Below, piece by piece: positions 1 through 13,980 of a stretch of 64,000 bases of DNA. The translations under genes and the position numbers were made by a program. Under the pieces are notes generated by a model. The model made no database searches. It was not told the origin of the DNA and worked only from the letters and a program-made list of their open reading frames with translations. The stretch comes from Octopus vulgaris (taxonomy: Eukaryota), in the NCBI GenBank assembly GCA_951406725.2, contig OX597837.1:2542001-2606000 (forward strand), read 5' to 3'. How positions within the stretch are numbered: position 1 is the stretch's first letter; every line of letters begins with the position of its first letter.

Positions 1-300
1 CGTTCGTGAAGGGGTTTTATGATCCAAGTGCAACTTGCATTGAACTGTTTTGCTAATTCTTGTGCAGTTTGCTTTGGACTTTTCTCAACAACTGTTTCCA
101 GAAAATCAATATTGATAGAACTCGGTCGTCCTGATGCAGAGGAATCTGCGAAAGGAAATACATCCCGATCGAAAATAGCCAAACTGTTGTTGGAATATCC
201 GGGCATTTAAAGCTTCATCTCCACAGACAGAGCGAATGCTTCTTTCCATTTCTGTGGCAGAAGAATCCATTTTGAATACAGACAACATGCAGAGTCTATA
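1..300 (-). mobile_element. Degraded mariner transposase, N-terminal HTH region (continues off the window edge)
   Basis: Minus strand translates, with one frameshift, to MLSVFKMDSSATEMERSIRSVCGDEALNARIFQQQFGYFRSG...DSSASGRPSSINIDFLETVVEKSPKQTAQELAKQFNAS. This matches the Mos1/Hsmar-type pattern (A..I..VYG..AL..R..Q.WF..FRSG...D..RSGRP). Confidence 0.85.
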
Positions 301-396
301 TTAGGGGTCTGAGCTAAAGTCATTTTAAAAAGATGAAATCGATTCGTGTTTAACCGCCATGGCACGAAGTAACCTGTAAAGAAAGATCTCACCGTA

Positions 397-427
397 AGGT
401 GGTGGTGGTGGTGGTAGTTGTAGTAGT

Positions 428-465
<38 letters not shown>

Positions 466-652
466 TAGCAGTAATGGTAGTGGTGATGGGGGAGGGTTGT
501 CGTCGTGGGGTAGGAAGAGGGGGGAGAGAAGGAGGAGGGGAGAAGTAAAGGAGGAGAAGGGAGAGGATATGGAAGAAGAGAAGCCGCAGCAGGTTTGAGG
601 AGAGGGAGTGAGCAAGATAGGAATGGGAGCAGCAGTAGCATCTACAGTAGAG

Positions 653-717
<65 letters not shown>

Positions 718-745
718 GGTGGTGGTGGTGGTGGTGGTGGTGGTG
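397..745. repeat. Compound (GGT)n/(AGT)n/(AGC)n microsatellites and purine-rich tract
   Basis: Directly visible. Confidence 0.95.
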
Positions 746-1621
746 GGTCGTGTTGGTAGTGAAACAAGGTGGAGGGAGGTGGAAAGGGATGGGCAGTGGT
801 GCAATAAATAGCGTTAATGCTTTTTCAAAAGTGCCATTAGAAGAAATGCAAATGAGATGAAAGTATGTTTTAAGCACGGATCGAAACTGGCTCGCCGAGT
901 CGGAGCCACCAAAAGGTTATCGCCATTTTCTCTACAAAGCATGGCGCTCGCCACCCGCTGGCGCATTGTTACAGACAATGTTACACACAAATATCAGTAG
1001 AATTACATAGCCAAACACACACACACACATATTTATGAATGTATATGACTATATATATAGATATATATACCAATAGATGTACGTATATGTGTGCGTGTGT
1101 GCATCATATATATACATATACATATAGAGAGAGAGAGAGGGAGACAGATGTATGTACATATATTTATAATATATTTTATATAAATTGATATATATGTTTG
1201 TATATATATATATAATTATATATTTATATATGTATATATATATATAATTATATATTTATATATGTATATGTATATATGTATATATCTATATATATGTATA
1301 TACATGTGTGTATATACATACATACCTATATAAATACACACACGCAAACATACATGCATACATATATATATCATCATCATTGTTATTATCATAAAAATAT
1401 ATATATGTATGTATGTATATTTGATGTCATCTACATACATCTATCGCTGTGGGACATTAAGAATGTTGGATATATACACGCATATGTGTGTGTGTAGGGG
1501 GTGCATGTTTATGTGTGTATATGCATATATACACACACCCTTCTAAACACTATAACATACTATAGAATGCGGATCGATTATTTCCAGATATCTGAGGCAC
1601 ATTGATTAATGCATCTCACGA

Positions 1622-1657
<36 letters not shown>

Positions 1658-2095
1658 ACACCCACAGTAACACATACACGCCGACATATCCCTAAACACA
1701 CATACATACATAGATACGACACATATATATTGACACATATGCACTCACTCACGCACACACACATTTTCATACCTTTCTTATATGTGTATTCGTATGCATA
1801 TGTGTGTGTGTGTGTGAACTCATATACATACATGATATATATAAGTATGCTTGTATATATTCATATATATACATATATATATATATATGCATGGACTGGC
1901 ACGAAAATACAGAAATAAGTCAAATGTACACAAATTCCAGCAATGACACACACACACACACGCACACACACATACAAAACACACGCACATACAAACACAC
2001 AGATTTACAGTCAGCATATCTGACCAAATGAACAATGTTTTTGCCAAGCCCACAACCCAATTCACTCGATAAGCACTGGAACAAAATAACAGTTC

Positions 2096-3207
<1,112 letters not shown>

Positions 3208-3489
3208 GTTAAGAACCACGCCCAGACACTTTGCTTGCCATAGGGCAATATGCCCACACGTGTCTGTGCGTGTTTCTAAGTATCTGCGTGATATATGTAT
3301 GTATAGATGGATGCATGGCACCATGTGTATGTGTGTGTGTGTGTGCGTGTGTGTGTGTGTATCCACCCGCTTCTCGGTGAAGAATAAAACATTTAAAGAT
3401 CAAACCGTTATTAGTTTTGTGTCAGTAGAATATCGTCTACTGGAAGCGTGGCCCAAGAGGTAGCAGAATGTAATAATAAATTGTAAATT

Positions 3490-4115
<626 letters not shown>

Positions 4116-4711
4116 CCATTATTGTTATTATCATAAAAATATTTAGCATTAACTATATATTTATAAATGCATCTATATGCGTATGCTTGTGTGCGTGTGT
4201 GTTTGTACGTTTGTGTTTGTATACATGTGTATGTTTACATGTATATACGGAAATATATCTTTAAACCTTTACTTGTTTCCGTCATAATAAACTCAAAATT
4301 CTGCTAGTTCCTCTGTCTGGGACCCCTGTATCTTAGTCTACATATGTTCTACATGGACATATATCTTTTTGAAATCAAGATGATCCCGGGATTGAAACTC
4401 CGCTCTTCATTTGGCTCTGGAGCATCCATCATTGGGGTCTCATTTATAAGCATCTGGGTCGCTATTTTTCTCGCAGGCAAGCTTGATCGATTCACGCCAC
4501 CCTGATTGACGTGGGTCAGATGACATCAGAGATCAAGGGAGAGATAAATGACATTCACTTCGTTAATTTTACATCGTGATAAGGACTTTGGGGCAAATTG
4601 CTCAACAGTTAAAATTCAAATTAGGACTGGAACAGTAGAATGATTGCATTACAAAATTAATTCTCGTTCGCAATTTAAAAACCAAAGGTACAAGTACAAT
4701 CGTCACTAAAG

Positions 4712-4902
4712 TGACTAAGGGTGCAAATCAGCACCAGCATTGCTAGAAATAAGAGTCAAAACAACGCTTGGCCACGGGCATAGCAGTTATCCATGTAGAA
4801 AAGTTGTCTCCCTTGTCAGTCAGCAGAAAAGTGTTTTGCCCGTGGCAAAGTTGTTTGACTGTTATTTCTAGCAAAGCTGCTGCTGATTTACACATTTAGT
4901 CA
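4712..4902. repeat. Imperfect inverted repeat (arms about 4712-4780 and 4837-4902)
   Basis: Left arm tgactaagggtgcaaatcagcaccagcattgctagaaataagagtcaaaacaacgcttggccacgggca versus reverse complement of right arm tgactaaatgtgtaaatcagcagcagctttgctagaaataacagtcaaacaactttgccacgggca. Confidence 0.92.
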
Positions 4903-4943
4903 GTTTTCTTTTAATTTTTCCAAAATTTAATTGTTTGCCATAC

Positions 4944-4985
4944 TTACAGTTGAAAAAGTCTAAATGACTGAAACCGGTGCTGAAA
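4944..4985 (+). ncRNA. Minimal hammerhead-like motif, U3-A8 core variant, probably inactive (GUG at cleavage site)
   Basis: cag-UUGAAAA-agtc(taaat)gact-GAAA-ccgg-UG-ctg. It sits in a roughly 130-bp repeat also found at 20991-21116. Confidence 0.55.
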
Positions 4986-5187
4986 TGTTTTTATAAATTA
5001 TTTTAGCATTTTCTACCTTGACTTTTTTTCCATTTATATATATATATATATGCATGTATGTATGTATGTATGCATGTATGTATTATGTATGTATGTATGT
5101 ATGTATTATGTATGTATGTATGTATGTATGTATGTATGTATGTATGTATGTATGTATTATGTATGTATATATATATATATATATATA

Positions 5188-5507
5188 TAATCCACTAGAC
5201 TATTATGTATGGGGCGTAGTTGTTATAGGGGTCAGTTAATACCGCCATAACATCGCACAACCTCTCAAGTCCGCCATAGCCAGTACTGTGTCCAAAAGTC
5301 GATATAGACCATCTAATTGGAACCTGTCAACACTTCGATTACTATATTGAGCCAGACATTGACGCTAACGGTGGATTCATTGAATGGGTCTGAGAAAAGG
5401 ATTCTCGAGATTATTTGCAGAAATATGTGTTTTCAAATACATCTTTTCTTTAATGAGCTACACGACTTTTCATACAAATGACCTCAAAAAAATTGATGCA
5501 CCATGTA
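5188..5507 (+). mobile_element. Degraded Tc1/mariner transposase C-terminus and probable right end
   Basis: Translates NPLDYYVWGVV...HNIAQPLKSAI...HLIGTCQHF...IE..IDANGGFIE and ends in gcaccatgta, a TIR-like end followed by TA. Confidence 0.8.
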
Positions 5508-5546
<39 letters not shown>

Positions 5547-5822
5547 ACGATAAGAAATGTGGCAATAAATAACAGTGAGAAATGGATCATTGCTGTTATA
5601 AAGTCATTATGTAATTAAATTTCTTATCGTTTTTATATACATTAAACCACGGCTTTACCTTTTAAATTACCTACTACTGTATACCTTATAACATGGACCA
5701 TACATACGAAGGTAATACCAGGAGCGCCTATGGATACGTCTATCCCTTAGAAGGTTACATTACCTTCTCCATACACCTTCTCTATAGACACATACATACA
5801 TTTATATGCAGGAAATACACGC

Positions 5823-5854
<32 letters not shown>

Positions 5855-5995
5855 GTATGTATGTATGTATGCATGTGTGCGTGTGTGTGTGTGCGTGTGT
5901 AAGTGTGGGTGGGTGTGGGTGTGTGTACATAAGTGTGTAGTAGCTTTCTCTATATATATGTGTGTGTGTAAACGTGTATATATATATATATATAT

Positions 5996-6254
<259 letters not shown>

Positions 6255-6456
6255 TACATATATATACGTGGCACACATTATATACGCACATAATATACAT
6301 ACATTACATTCATAGATTACGTACATACATACACGCACACACATATGTATAATAAAATTTGGCGATAAAAAAGCCTCAATGAAAATTTATATAGATCGGA
6401 TATGTTATAAATTATAGATAACAAAGTGTTTGTTGAAATAATAACATGAACAACAC

Positions 6457-6544
<88 letters not shown>

Positions 6545-6912
6545 TATGGTTTTTAAAGTCGTGTAAACTATTATCCATGTGAAGTCAGACTGTTTTAATT
6601 CTCCAGGGCGGAGTTTCTTTATCCAACGGCGTCACAAATCCAAAAAAATCACCTTCCAGGGGCCGGACCGTTTATTGTGAAAGAAACACAATGAAGGAAG
6701 CTACAAAACTTTGAAGGTTAACATGTGGAGTTTTTGAACGGCAAAGGTTGGTTGGGGTGGTGGTGGTGGAGGTGGTGCTGGTGGTCGGATGGGATAGGAT
6801 GGGATGGGTGAGGAAAAATCCCTCCCTCGTGGGGTGCAGGGGGGAGAGATTAGGTGAGGAGGAGGGAAGTATGAGATTGGAGGAGTAGTAGTAGTAGTAG
6901 TAGTAGTAGTAC

Positions 6913-6958
<46 letters not shown>

Positions 6959-7489
6959 GGTGGTGGTGGTGGTGTGGAAGTGGTAGTTTTGTGGTGGTAG
7001 TGATGGTGGTACTGGTAGTGTGGTGACAAATAAAGAAATAGGTACTGGTAGTGTGGTGATAGTAATAGTAGTAGCTGTAGCAAAAGGTGGGATATTGGAG
7101 GGAAAGTGGTAGGGTGATCTGAGGTGTATTTGTAATATGGCGGTAGCGGTGTTTGTTGTTGATGTGTGGTCGCGGAGGCGGCGGCGGTGACAGTGATGGT
7201 GGTGACGGCAGTTGTGGTGTTGGTGGTGGTTGCCATTGTTCATCCCCAGGTCAACTCTAATATAGCCGATCTGTGATCAAAAGTCTCTCTGCCACGGCCA
7301 TCCCGCTAGACGCTATACAATCCAACATATCATTCCGAAAACTCGAAACACTTATGAGGTTACTCTGGCTGTTAGAAGTAGCAGTCAAATCTCCTTCCAA
7401 ATCACTCCTAAAGTCTTAGCTAAAAGAGAAGGGTCACATTTTCAATAAGGTGTCATTTCTCTACCACAAAATCAAAGAACGATTTATTC

Positions 7490-7580
7490 TTTTCTTTGTA
7501 AGCCTAGTACTTATTCTATCGGTCTCTTGCCGAACCGCTAAGTTACGGGGACAAATACAGACACACAAACACACACACAC

Positions 7581-7611
<31 letters not shown>

Positions 7612-7740
7612 CGACTGGCTTCTCTCAGTTTCCGTCTACCAAATCCACTCACAAGGCTTTGATCGGCCCGAGGCTATAGTAAAAGATACTTGCCCAAGGT
7701 GCCACGAAAGCTACTTACCACACAGCTACTCCTGCGCTTA
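7490..7740 (-). mobile_element. SINE family A, partial with internal deletions
   Basis: Reverse complement of the copy at 10656-11050 (aaatccactcacaaggcttt..., cacacagctactcctgcgc). Confidence 0.9.
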
Positions 7741-7774
7741 TTCTAGATATTTTCTTTGACAAATGTTATATTCT

Positions 7775-8030
7775 TGTCTCAGAATTTTCAATGACGTAGC
7801 ACATCGTCAAACATCTCCCGTCGCCTCACATTCATTGTATCCCATATCTTAGTTTGCAGCATTTCCATGATTTCGTTCATGATGTCACATCAAAATATTC
7901 TTAGACTTATTCTAAGGCAGCATCTATAGAATGGAAGACATCCATAGTTCTGTAGATTCTACAACGCCCCACAAACATAAAGTCAGCGTCGGCGAGACGA
8001 TGAATGTATGGGAGAAGTTTAGAGTTTGGG
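7775..8030 (-). mobile_element. RTE-like LINE fragment (C-terminal part of RT), inverted copy
   Basis: Minus strand gives SKLLPY..IVSPTL...CLRISLRIF.CD..NE...RRREMFDDVLRH, resembling RTE TKL.LY..IVLPTL.Y..ETW...CLR.ILRI.W.D.V.NEE...RR..WFGHVLR. Confidence 0.7.
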
Positions 8031-8094
8031 TTTAAAGAATACTAAGTGGTTCTCGTTTCTTTATTTCTAGTGTATTCCTTACAAAACACCATTT

Positions 8095-8620
8095 TGTCGG
8101 TAACAATGGAAGCACAGAAAGTGATGCAAAGAAAAGGCTTACGAAAAACTGAAGCCAAACCTGAATGATCTAACATCTTCTTCAGCCAAAGCACCAAACT
8201 TCTCCTGTATAGATCCACTGTATTACCAATGGCGATTTATGTCTTTGAGACGTGATAAAAGATTAGTAAAATCTATAGAACTGTAGATAAGCTCCGTTCT
8301 ACAAACTTTGCCTTAGAATCAGTCTAAGAATTTCTTGGTGCGAACAGGTCGGTAAAGATGGAAATTCCAAAACTGATGTCGAGAAGAGACTTTTAAAAAA
8401 CTGTTGCCATCTTCCAGCGTCTGAAGCCTATTTGGCCTAAATTTGTCTTCAACCAAACTATTCCTGTGTAGATCCATCTTGATGCTGATCCTGATTTATG
8501 ACTGACCCGGGTGAAAGACTTACAGAATGTACAGGACTACAGATATCCTTCATTCTATAGACGTTGGTTTAGATTCATTCCAACAATTTTTTGATGTGAC
8601 CACATCACGAATGAAAAAGA
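8095..8620 (+). mobile_element. Two tandem diverged RTE-like LINE fragments of the same segment (about 8095-8350 and 8351-8620)
   Basis: First copy: NNGSTESDAKKRL...TKLLLYRSTVLPMAIYVFET*...CLRISLRISWCEQV. Second copy: KDGNSKTDVEKRL...FQRLKPIWP...TKLFLCRSILMLILIY...CDHITNEK. Confidence 0.78.
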
Positions 8621-8937
8621 GAACATTCGATTATTCGACCCAAGTATATGACTGCTATTCTATATTGGAGGGATAAAAGGCAAATCTGACAATGGCCTCA
8701 TTAGAATTCATTAAAATAAATTAAATTAATAGCAAATAGTGCATGTTTGTTGTCTGTTCGAAGGTATCCGGCCATTTTACTTTACATTACTTTCACAGGG
8801 TACCCCAAAACTGCTGACATGATGGAGGAGTACGCTGGAAGGAGAAGCCTGAGAATATCTGATCTATAAGTCTTTGAAAAATACTTTGGGAGGTGTGTTC
8901 GGAATGGTTACAGTTGACCTGGGGCTAAACAACAACA

Positions 8938-9008
<71 letters not shown>

Positions 9009-9528
9009 CAGTACATCATCATCATCATCATCAACACAGTCACCACCGCAAACAACTATAACAACTGCTATCAATCAAACCCAAACTGCAATTCTTTTAT
9101 CTCTCCCCAAACCCCCCGACACCCCATCCCACTCACATTTCTACCACAATGACCATCACTACAGCCACCACCACCACCATCACCATCACAATCACCACCA
9201 CAACCTCCAGCACCATAGCCGTCATCACAACAACAACTTACATTTAGTCCACCATTGTATTTCTGAAAATGTCAACCATTGTTTACGGGGATGAAAAAGA
9301 AATAAATGTATTATAGATAAATTAACAGAACAAAAATGTTGATGATCATGATGGCAGTGCTTCTGTATCGTTGTCATTATTATTATTATTACCATCGTTG
9401 ATGCATTATTACTATTTCTCCTCCCATTTGTCGACCATTTCATTGATATCATCATCGATTAGATGATTATATATGAGTGTGTGTATGTGTGTGTAAGTGT
9501 GTGCATACACACACACACATAAACTCCT

Positions 9529-9565
<37 letters not shown>

Positions 9566-9595
9566 TTATGTATATGTATATATATATATATATAT

Positions 9596-9641
<46 letters not shown>

Positions 9642-9663
9642 GGACAAATATATATATTTATAG

Positions 9664-9717
<54 letters not shown>

Positions 9718-9789
9718 GTATGTATGCATTTAGTGAGTGCGTTTGTGTGAGTGTGTGTGTTGTGTGTGTATGTGTGTTGTGTTTGTGTG

Positions 9790-9851
<62 letters not shown>

Positions 9852-10387
9852 GTGTGTGCTTGTGTGTGGTCGTGTGTAATATCGGAGCACGACAAACAAG
9901 GCAAGACGACAAGAGGACAGCAAACACAAAAGCCTTCTCTTTGTCATTAGATTTTGATGTGATAAACGAAGGGCGGGGTTAGCAGGGTGGTTCGGGCCGT
10001 TGCAGCGTTACGCTCTGCCCTCCTGCGTGGATTTCTGAACTTGGTAAATGTCGAGGCTTAGGACCAGCTTTTCAGCAGACAATGGAGTAAATTCTTAACC
10101 GTTTAAGTAGGTTCTTTAACATTCAGATTCGTTCTTGGGACAATGAGAAGGACAGGAGTCGAAGGCCGTTTTTTATAAATCGCTAGGGGGTGCCAGAGTT
10201 ATCAGCAGTTGTATATACATATAAATGGTCCCGAAACCCCAATAAAATAGAGTAGGAAAGGGTTTTTCTGGATGGCGTCTTGTTGCCATTATTGTTATTA
10301 CTTTTGACGTTGTTGCTGTTTGTTTGTTTGTTTTTACTCGTGTTTTTACGGCGTGAATCAGATGGAATGGAAACCAATTTTCCAAGA

Positions 10388-10533
10388 CATAGGTGTGTGG
10401 TGAAGAAACACGTTTAGCAACAACGCAGTTTCAGGTTCAAACACACGTCGCGTCACCTTGGGAAAGTGTCTCCTACTATGGTCCCGGGACAACCAGTGAA
10501 TTTGATAGACGGAAACTGTGTTGAAGCTCGCTG

Positions 10534-10535
<2 letters not shown>
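10388..10535 (+). mobile_element. SINE family A, old diverged 5' half
   Basis: caccttgggaaagtgtctcctactat...tttgatagacggaaactgtg, similar to the adjacent full-length copy. Confidence 0.75.
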
Positions 10536-10566
<31 letters not shown>

Positions 10567-10568
10567 GC

Positions 10569-10655
<87 letters not shown>

Positions 10656-10657
<2 letters not shown>

Positions 10658-11050
10658 CGCAGGAGTGGCTGTGTGGTAAGTAGCTTGTTTACCAACCACA
10701 TGGTTCCGGGTTCAGTCCCACTTCGTGGCACCTTGGGCAAGTGTCTTCTGCTATAGCGCCGGGCCGACCAATGCCTTGTGAGTGGATTTGGTAGACGGAA
10801 ACTGAAAGAAGCCTTTCGTATATATGTATATATATATGTATGTGTGTGTGTGTTTGTCTCCCTAGCATTGCTTGACAACCGATGCTGGTGTGTTTACGTC
10901 CCCGTCACTTAGCGGTTCGGCAAAAGAGACCGATAGAATAAGTACTGGGCTTACAATAAGTCCCGGGGTCGATTTCCTCGACTAAAGGCGGTGCTCCAGC
11001 ATGGCCGCAGTCAAATGACTGAAGCAAGTAAAAAAGTAGAAGAGTAAAGA
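10656..11050 (+). mobile_element. SINE family A, full length (tRNA-derived head, internal microsatellite, LINE-derived tail)
   Basis: Head with A-box-like tggctgtgtggt and B-box-like ggttcagtccc. Tail ggcggtgctccagcatggccgcagtcaaatgactgaa. More than 10 related copies in the window; resembles octopus SINEs I recall. Confidence 0.95.
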
Positions 11051-11069
11051 GATATACTTCCCCTATTTT

Positions 11070-11109
<40 letters not shown>

Positions 11110-11629
11110 GTTGCTCACAAGTGACCATCGTCCATCTTTCTTTTCCTCACATGACCATCTTTCTCTTTATCTGCACGGACGCTTAAAAGAACGGATGTGT
11201 TTCTCTCTCTCTCTCTCTTTCTCGCTCTCTCTCTTTTATCTTTTCTTTTTTTCAAAAAATATTTCTCGCAGCTTTCATTATTTTCCCCTCGTTCTGGTCT
11301 AACGACCTTCCATGTTTGTTTTCGTCCGGTTTCTTTGTATGTATCCCTGTCATGGTTTGTTCCCAACTTAGTTGCTCCCATAAATTCTAAAATAAAATTC
11401 AAGATTTATGGAGGGTCTTTGAAGACTCATATTGTCGTTGAATGCTCCAAATGAGGACCAGATAAACAGCCGACAACTGATGAAGGGTCCATTCTCAGTA
11501 TTTACTTGTCCTGTTTTCCATTTTCTCGTTGTCTATGTATTTCACTTGTTTTTACCTCATTTGTTCACGTATTACCCATATATGAATATATATGTGTGTG
11601 TGCGTGTATTATATATATATATGCGTGCG

Positions 11630-11845
11630 CGTTTGCGTCTGTGTTTTCCCCTCCCACTGATTAAGAACGGGTGTTGGTTTGTTTATAGTCCCTGTAACTT
11701 AGAGGTTCGGCAAGAGTCCGACATAATTAGTACCAAACTTGAAAATTAAGTACTCGGGTTAATCTGCTCGACTAAAACCCTTTAAGGTGGTGCCCCAGCA
11801 TGGCCACAGTTGAATGACTGAAACAAAAGCAAAAGATAAAAAATA
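11630..11845 (+). mobile_element. SINE family A, 3' half
   Basis: gtccctgtaacttagaggttcggcaa...ggtgccccagcatggccacagttgaatgactgaaac. Confidence 0.85.
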
Positions 11846-12419
11846 TACCACTGCTAACAGCAAGAGCAACAACAACAAGCAAGCAAAGACTGAGCAGAAA
11901 GAGCTAAAGACACGCGCGCGCGCGTGTGTGTGTGTGTGTGTTTGCATAATCGGTCAATTGTTCATAAGTTTGATAATAAGCACACTCTAAAAAATTATCT
12001 TCAGAAGCAAAATTATATCTAGTCGTTCTGTTATGTTCGGTCAGAAAGTTGTCATTTCCGCATATTTTTGTTGCTAGCAAGGTTGAAGTATTTCCTCCTG
12101 TATAGCTTAAACAGCATGATTAAATGGAAGCTCCTGGAACAGGCCTCAACGGAAACAGATGATGCAAACTATACTTGACCGAGAGGAACCTAAAACATTC
12201 GCTTGATCCGAAGCCCTTCTTAAATTCTAGAAGTCGATGCCTTTACGACAGAAAATTCGTGTTGGAGACATGGGCTTCCTTGCTTGCTGAGTAACGAATG
12301 GAAAACGTACATAAACTGCACCTTCGAACACAACTGGAACCGTTCAAAGGAAGGTAACTAAGGGTTGCATACAAGAATATTCATATATACATACATATAT
12401 ATATATATATATAAAAAAA

Positions 12420-12481
<62 letters not shown>

Positions 12482-12582
12482 TATATGTTATTATATCAGC
12501 AAATACATGTGAGTTTTATCCTAATATATATATATATAATAACAGATATATATATATATATAGTCATATATATATATATAAA

Positions 12583-12627
<45 letters not shown>

Positions 12628-12736
12628 TTAATTTGCAACAATAAACCGTTTACATTTCAAATATCATTTTTTTCATTCTCTATATCACCCACATTACTGT
12701 ATTGTTAAATCAGTATAGAGAGTAATGTAAAAACTT

Positions 12737-12823
<87 letters not shown>

Positions 12824-12824
12824 G

Positions 12825-13428
12825 GTAATGTAAAAAATTACAAAGGATATATTATAAATAATTAAGATTATTTATGAATATATCAATGGCCAAATATGTT
12901 ATCATAAAATATAAAGAAGTCACAATTATAACTAAGAGCGTTTTTAAAAAAACCCTTACATGTTAAAAATAGCAGCCAAAACCGCTATTAAGCCATTGTA
13001 TCATTCATATTATTTCTCCTCACGATAAAAACTGCCGTCGAGTGACATGGCAAATAGAATGCACAACTTGAAAATAGTTGGTTAATTCCCTATTGCAATT
13101 TCGGCGTTAGAGACCACTTAAGGGACCCATTCGCCTCGTCAGGGGAAATATTCCTATAGATAGAAATCAAAACAAGACTTTACCTTGGGGCTAGCGTGAA
13201 TCCCGACCAGCAAGAGAAACATTTCAACCTTTGTCTATACAATCAAGTTTTAAATTCAAATGCCATGCCCAGCGTTCATGTGAAAAGACGGGTACTGTCG
13301 AGCCACGCCAAAGACACCAGATATGAGTTAGGAAAATTTAAGTAAGTGGAGAGTTATGTAAAAACATTACGAAGTATATGTTATAAATAATTAAGATTAT
13401 TTATGGATATATCAATGGCCAAGTATGT
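12825..13428 (-). mobile_element. Non-autonomous hammerhead-bearing element with terminal direct repeats (Penelope-derived or retrozyme-like)
   Basis: About 75-bp direct repeats whose 42-bp cores (12852-12893 and 13381-13422) differ at one base; period 529 bp. Internal HHR; flanked by (TA)n and (TACA)n. Confidence 0.7.
13086..13147 (-). ncRNA. Minimal type I hammerhead ribozyme
   Basis: Minus strand: ttccc-CUGACGA-ggcg...cgcc-GAAA-u(ugca)a-UA-gggaa. All core nucleotides are present, stem I is 5 bp, the stem III loop is palindromic, and the predicted cut lies between 13091 and 13090. Confidence 0.85.
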
Positions 13429-13495
13429 ATGTATATATATATATGTGTGTGTATTCATATATATACATACATACATACATACATACATACATACA

Positions 13496-13531
<36 letters not shown>

Positions 13532-13539
13532 TATATATA

Positions 13540-13735
13540 GTTGAAATTTATAGAAAAACAAAAGACGAAGACAGGTGTATGAACAACAAGCAGGTGTATT
13601 AGTTTGACGTTCGGGAAAAGGAAAAAGTGTTTTACGTTTCAAGCCTATGCTCTTCAGCAGAAAGGAACATGAGAAAATAAACAGAGAGAGAATGGAAAAA
13701 ATGTGTAGATTTCAGCGGTCCAGCATGGCGAATAG
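13540..13735 (-). mobile_element. Short interspersed repeat carrying a degenerate minimal hammerhead (13630-13663)
   Basis: Minus strand: ttt-CUGCUGA-a-gagc(atag)gctt-GAAA-cg-UA-aaa. A fragment of the same repeat occurs inverted at about 46382-46416. Confidence 0.6.
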
Positions 13736-13980
13736 AGTATATGTTAAAGAAGAAAATGGTGAGTTTTGACAGATAACATCAATTTATTAACATATTGTCA
13801 ATTTATATATGCGTGTGTGTGTGCGTGCGTGTAGATATATATATGTAAATGTAAAAAAATACAAACTGGGACAAGAACGTGAAACATTTAGAAGACGATA
13901 CAAAAAACACGGACGGGACATTCGAAGCCTTCAATCTTCAGTCAAATCATACGCATTATTATTACTGGAAAAAATTCAAA

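Noticed and set aside
8790-8870. Acceptor-like tttcacag followed by YPKTADMMEEYAGRRSLRISDL*
   Set aside because: Short, no homology, no supporting neighbouring exons, and it runs into a repeat.
11455-11500. ctgatgaaggg motif
   Set aside because: No correctly placed stem II and GAAA downstream.
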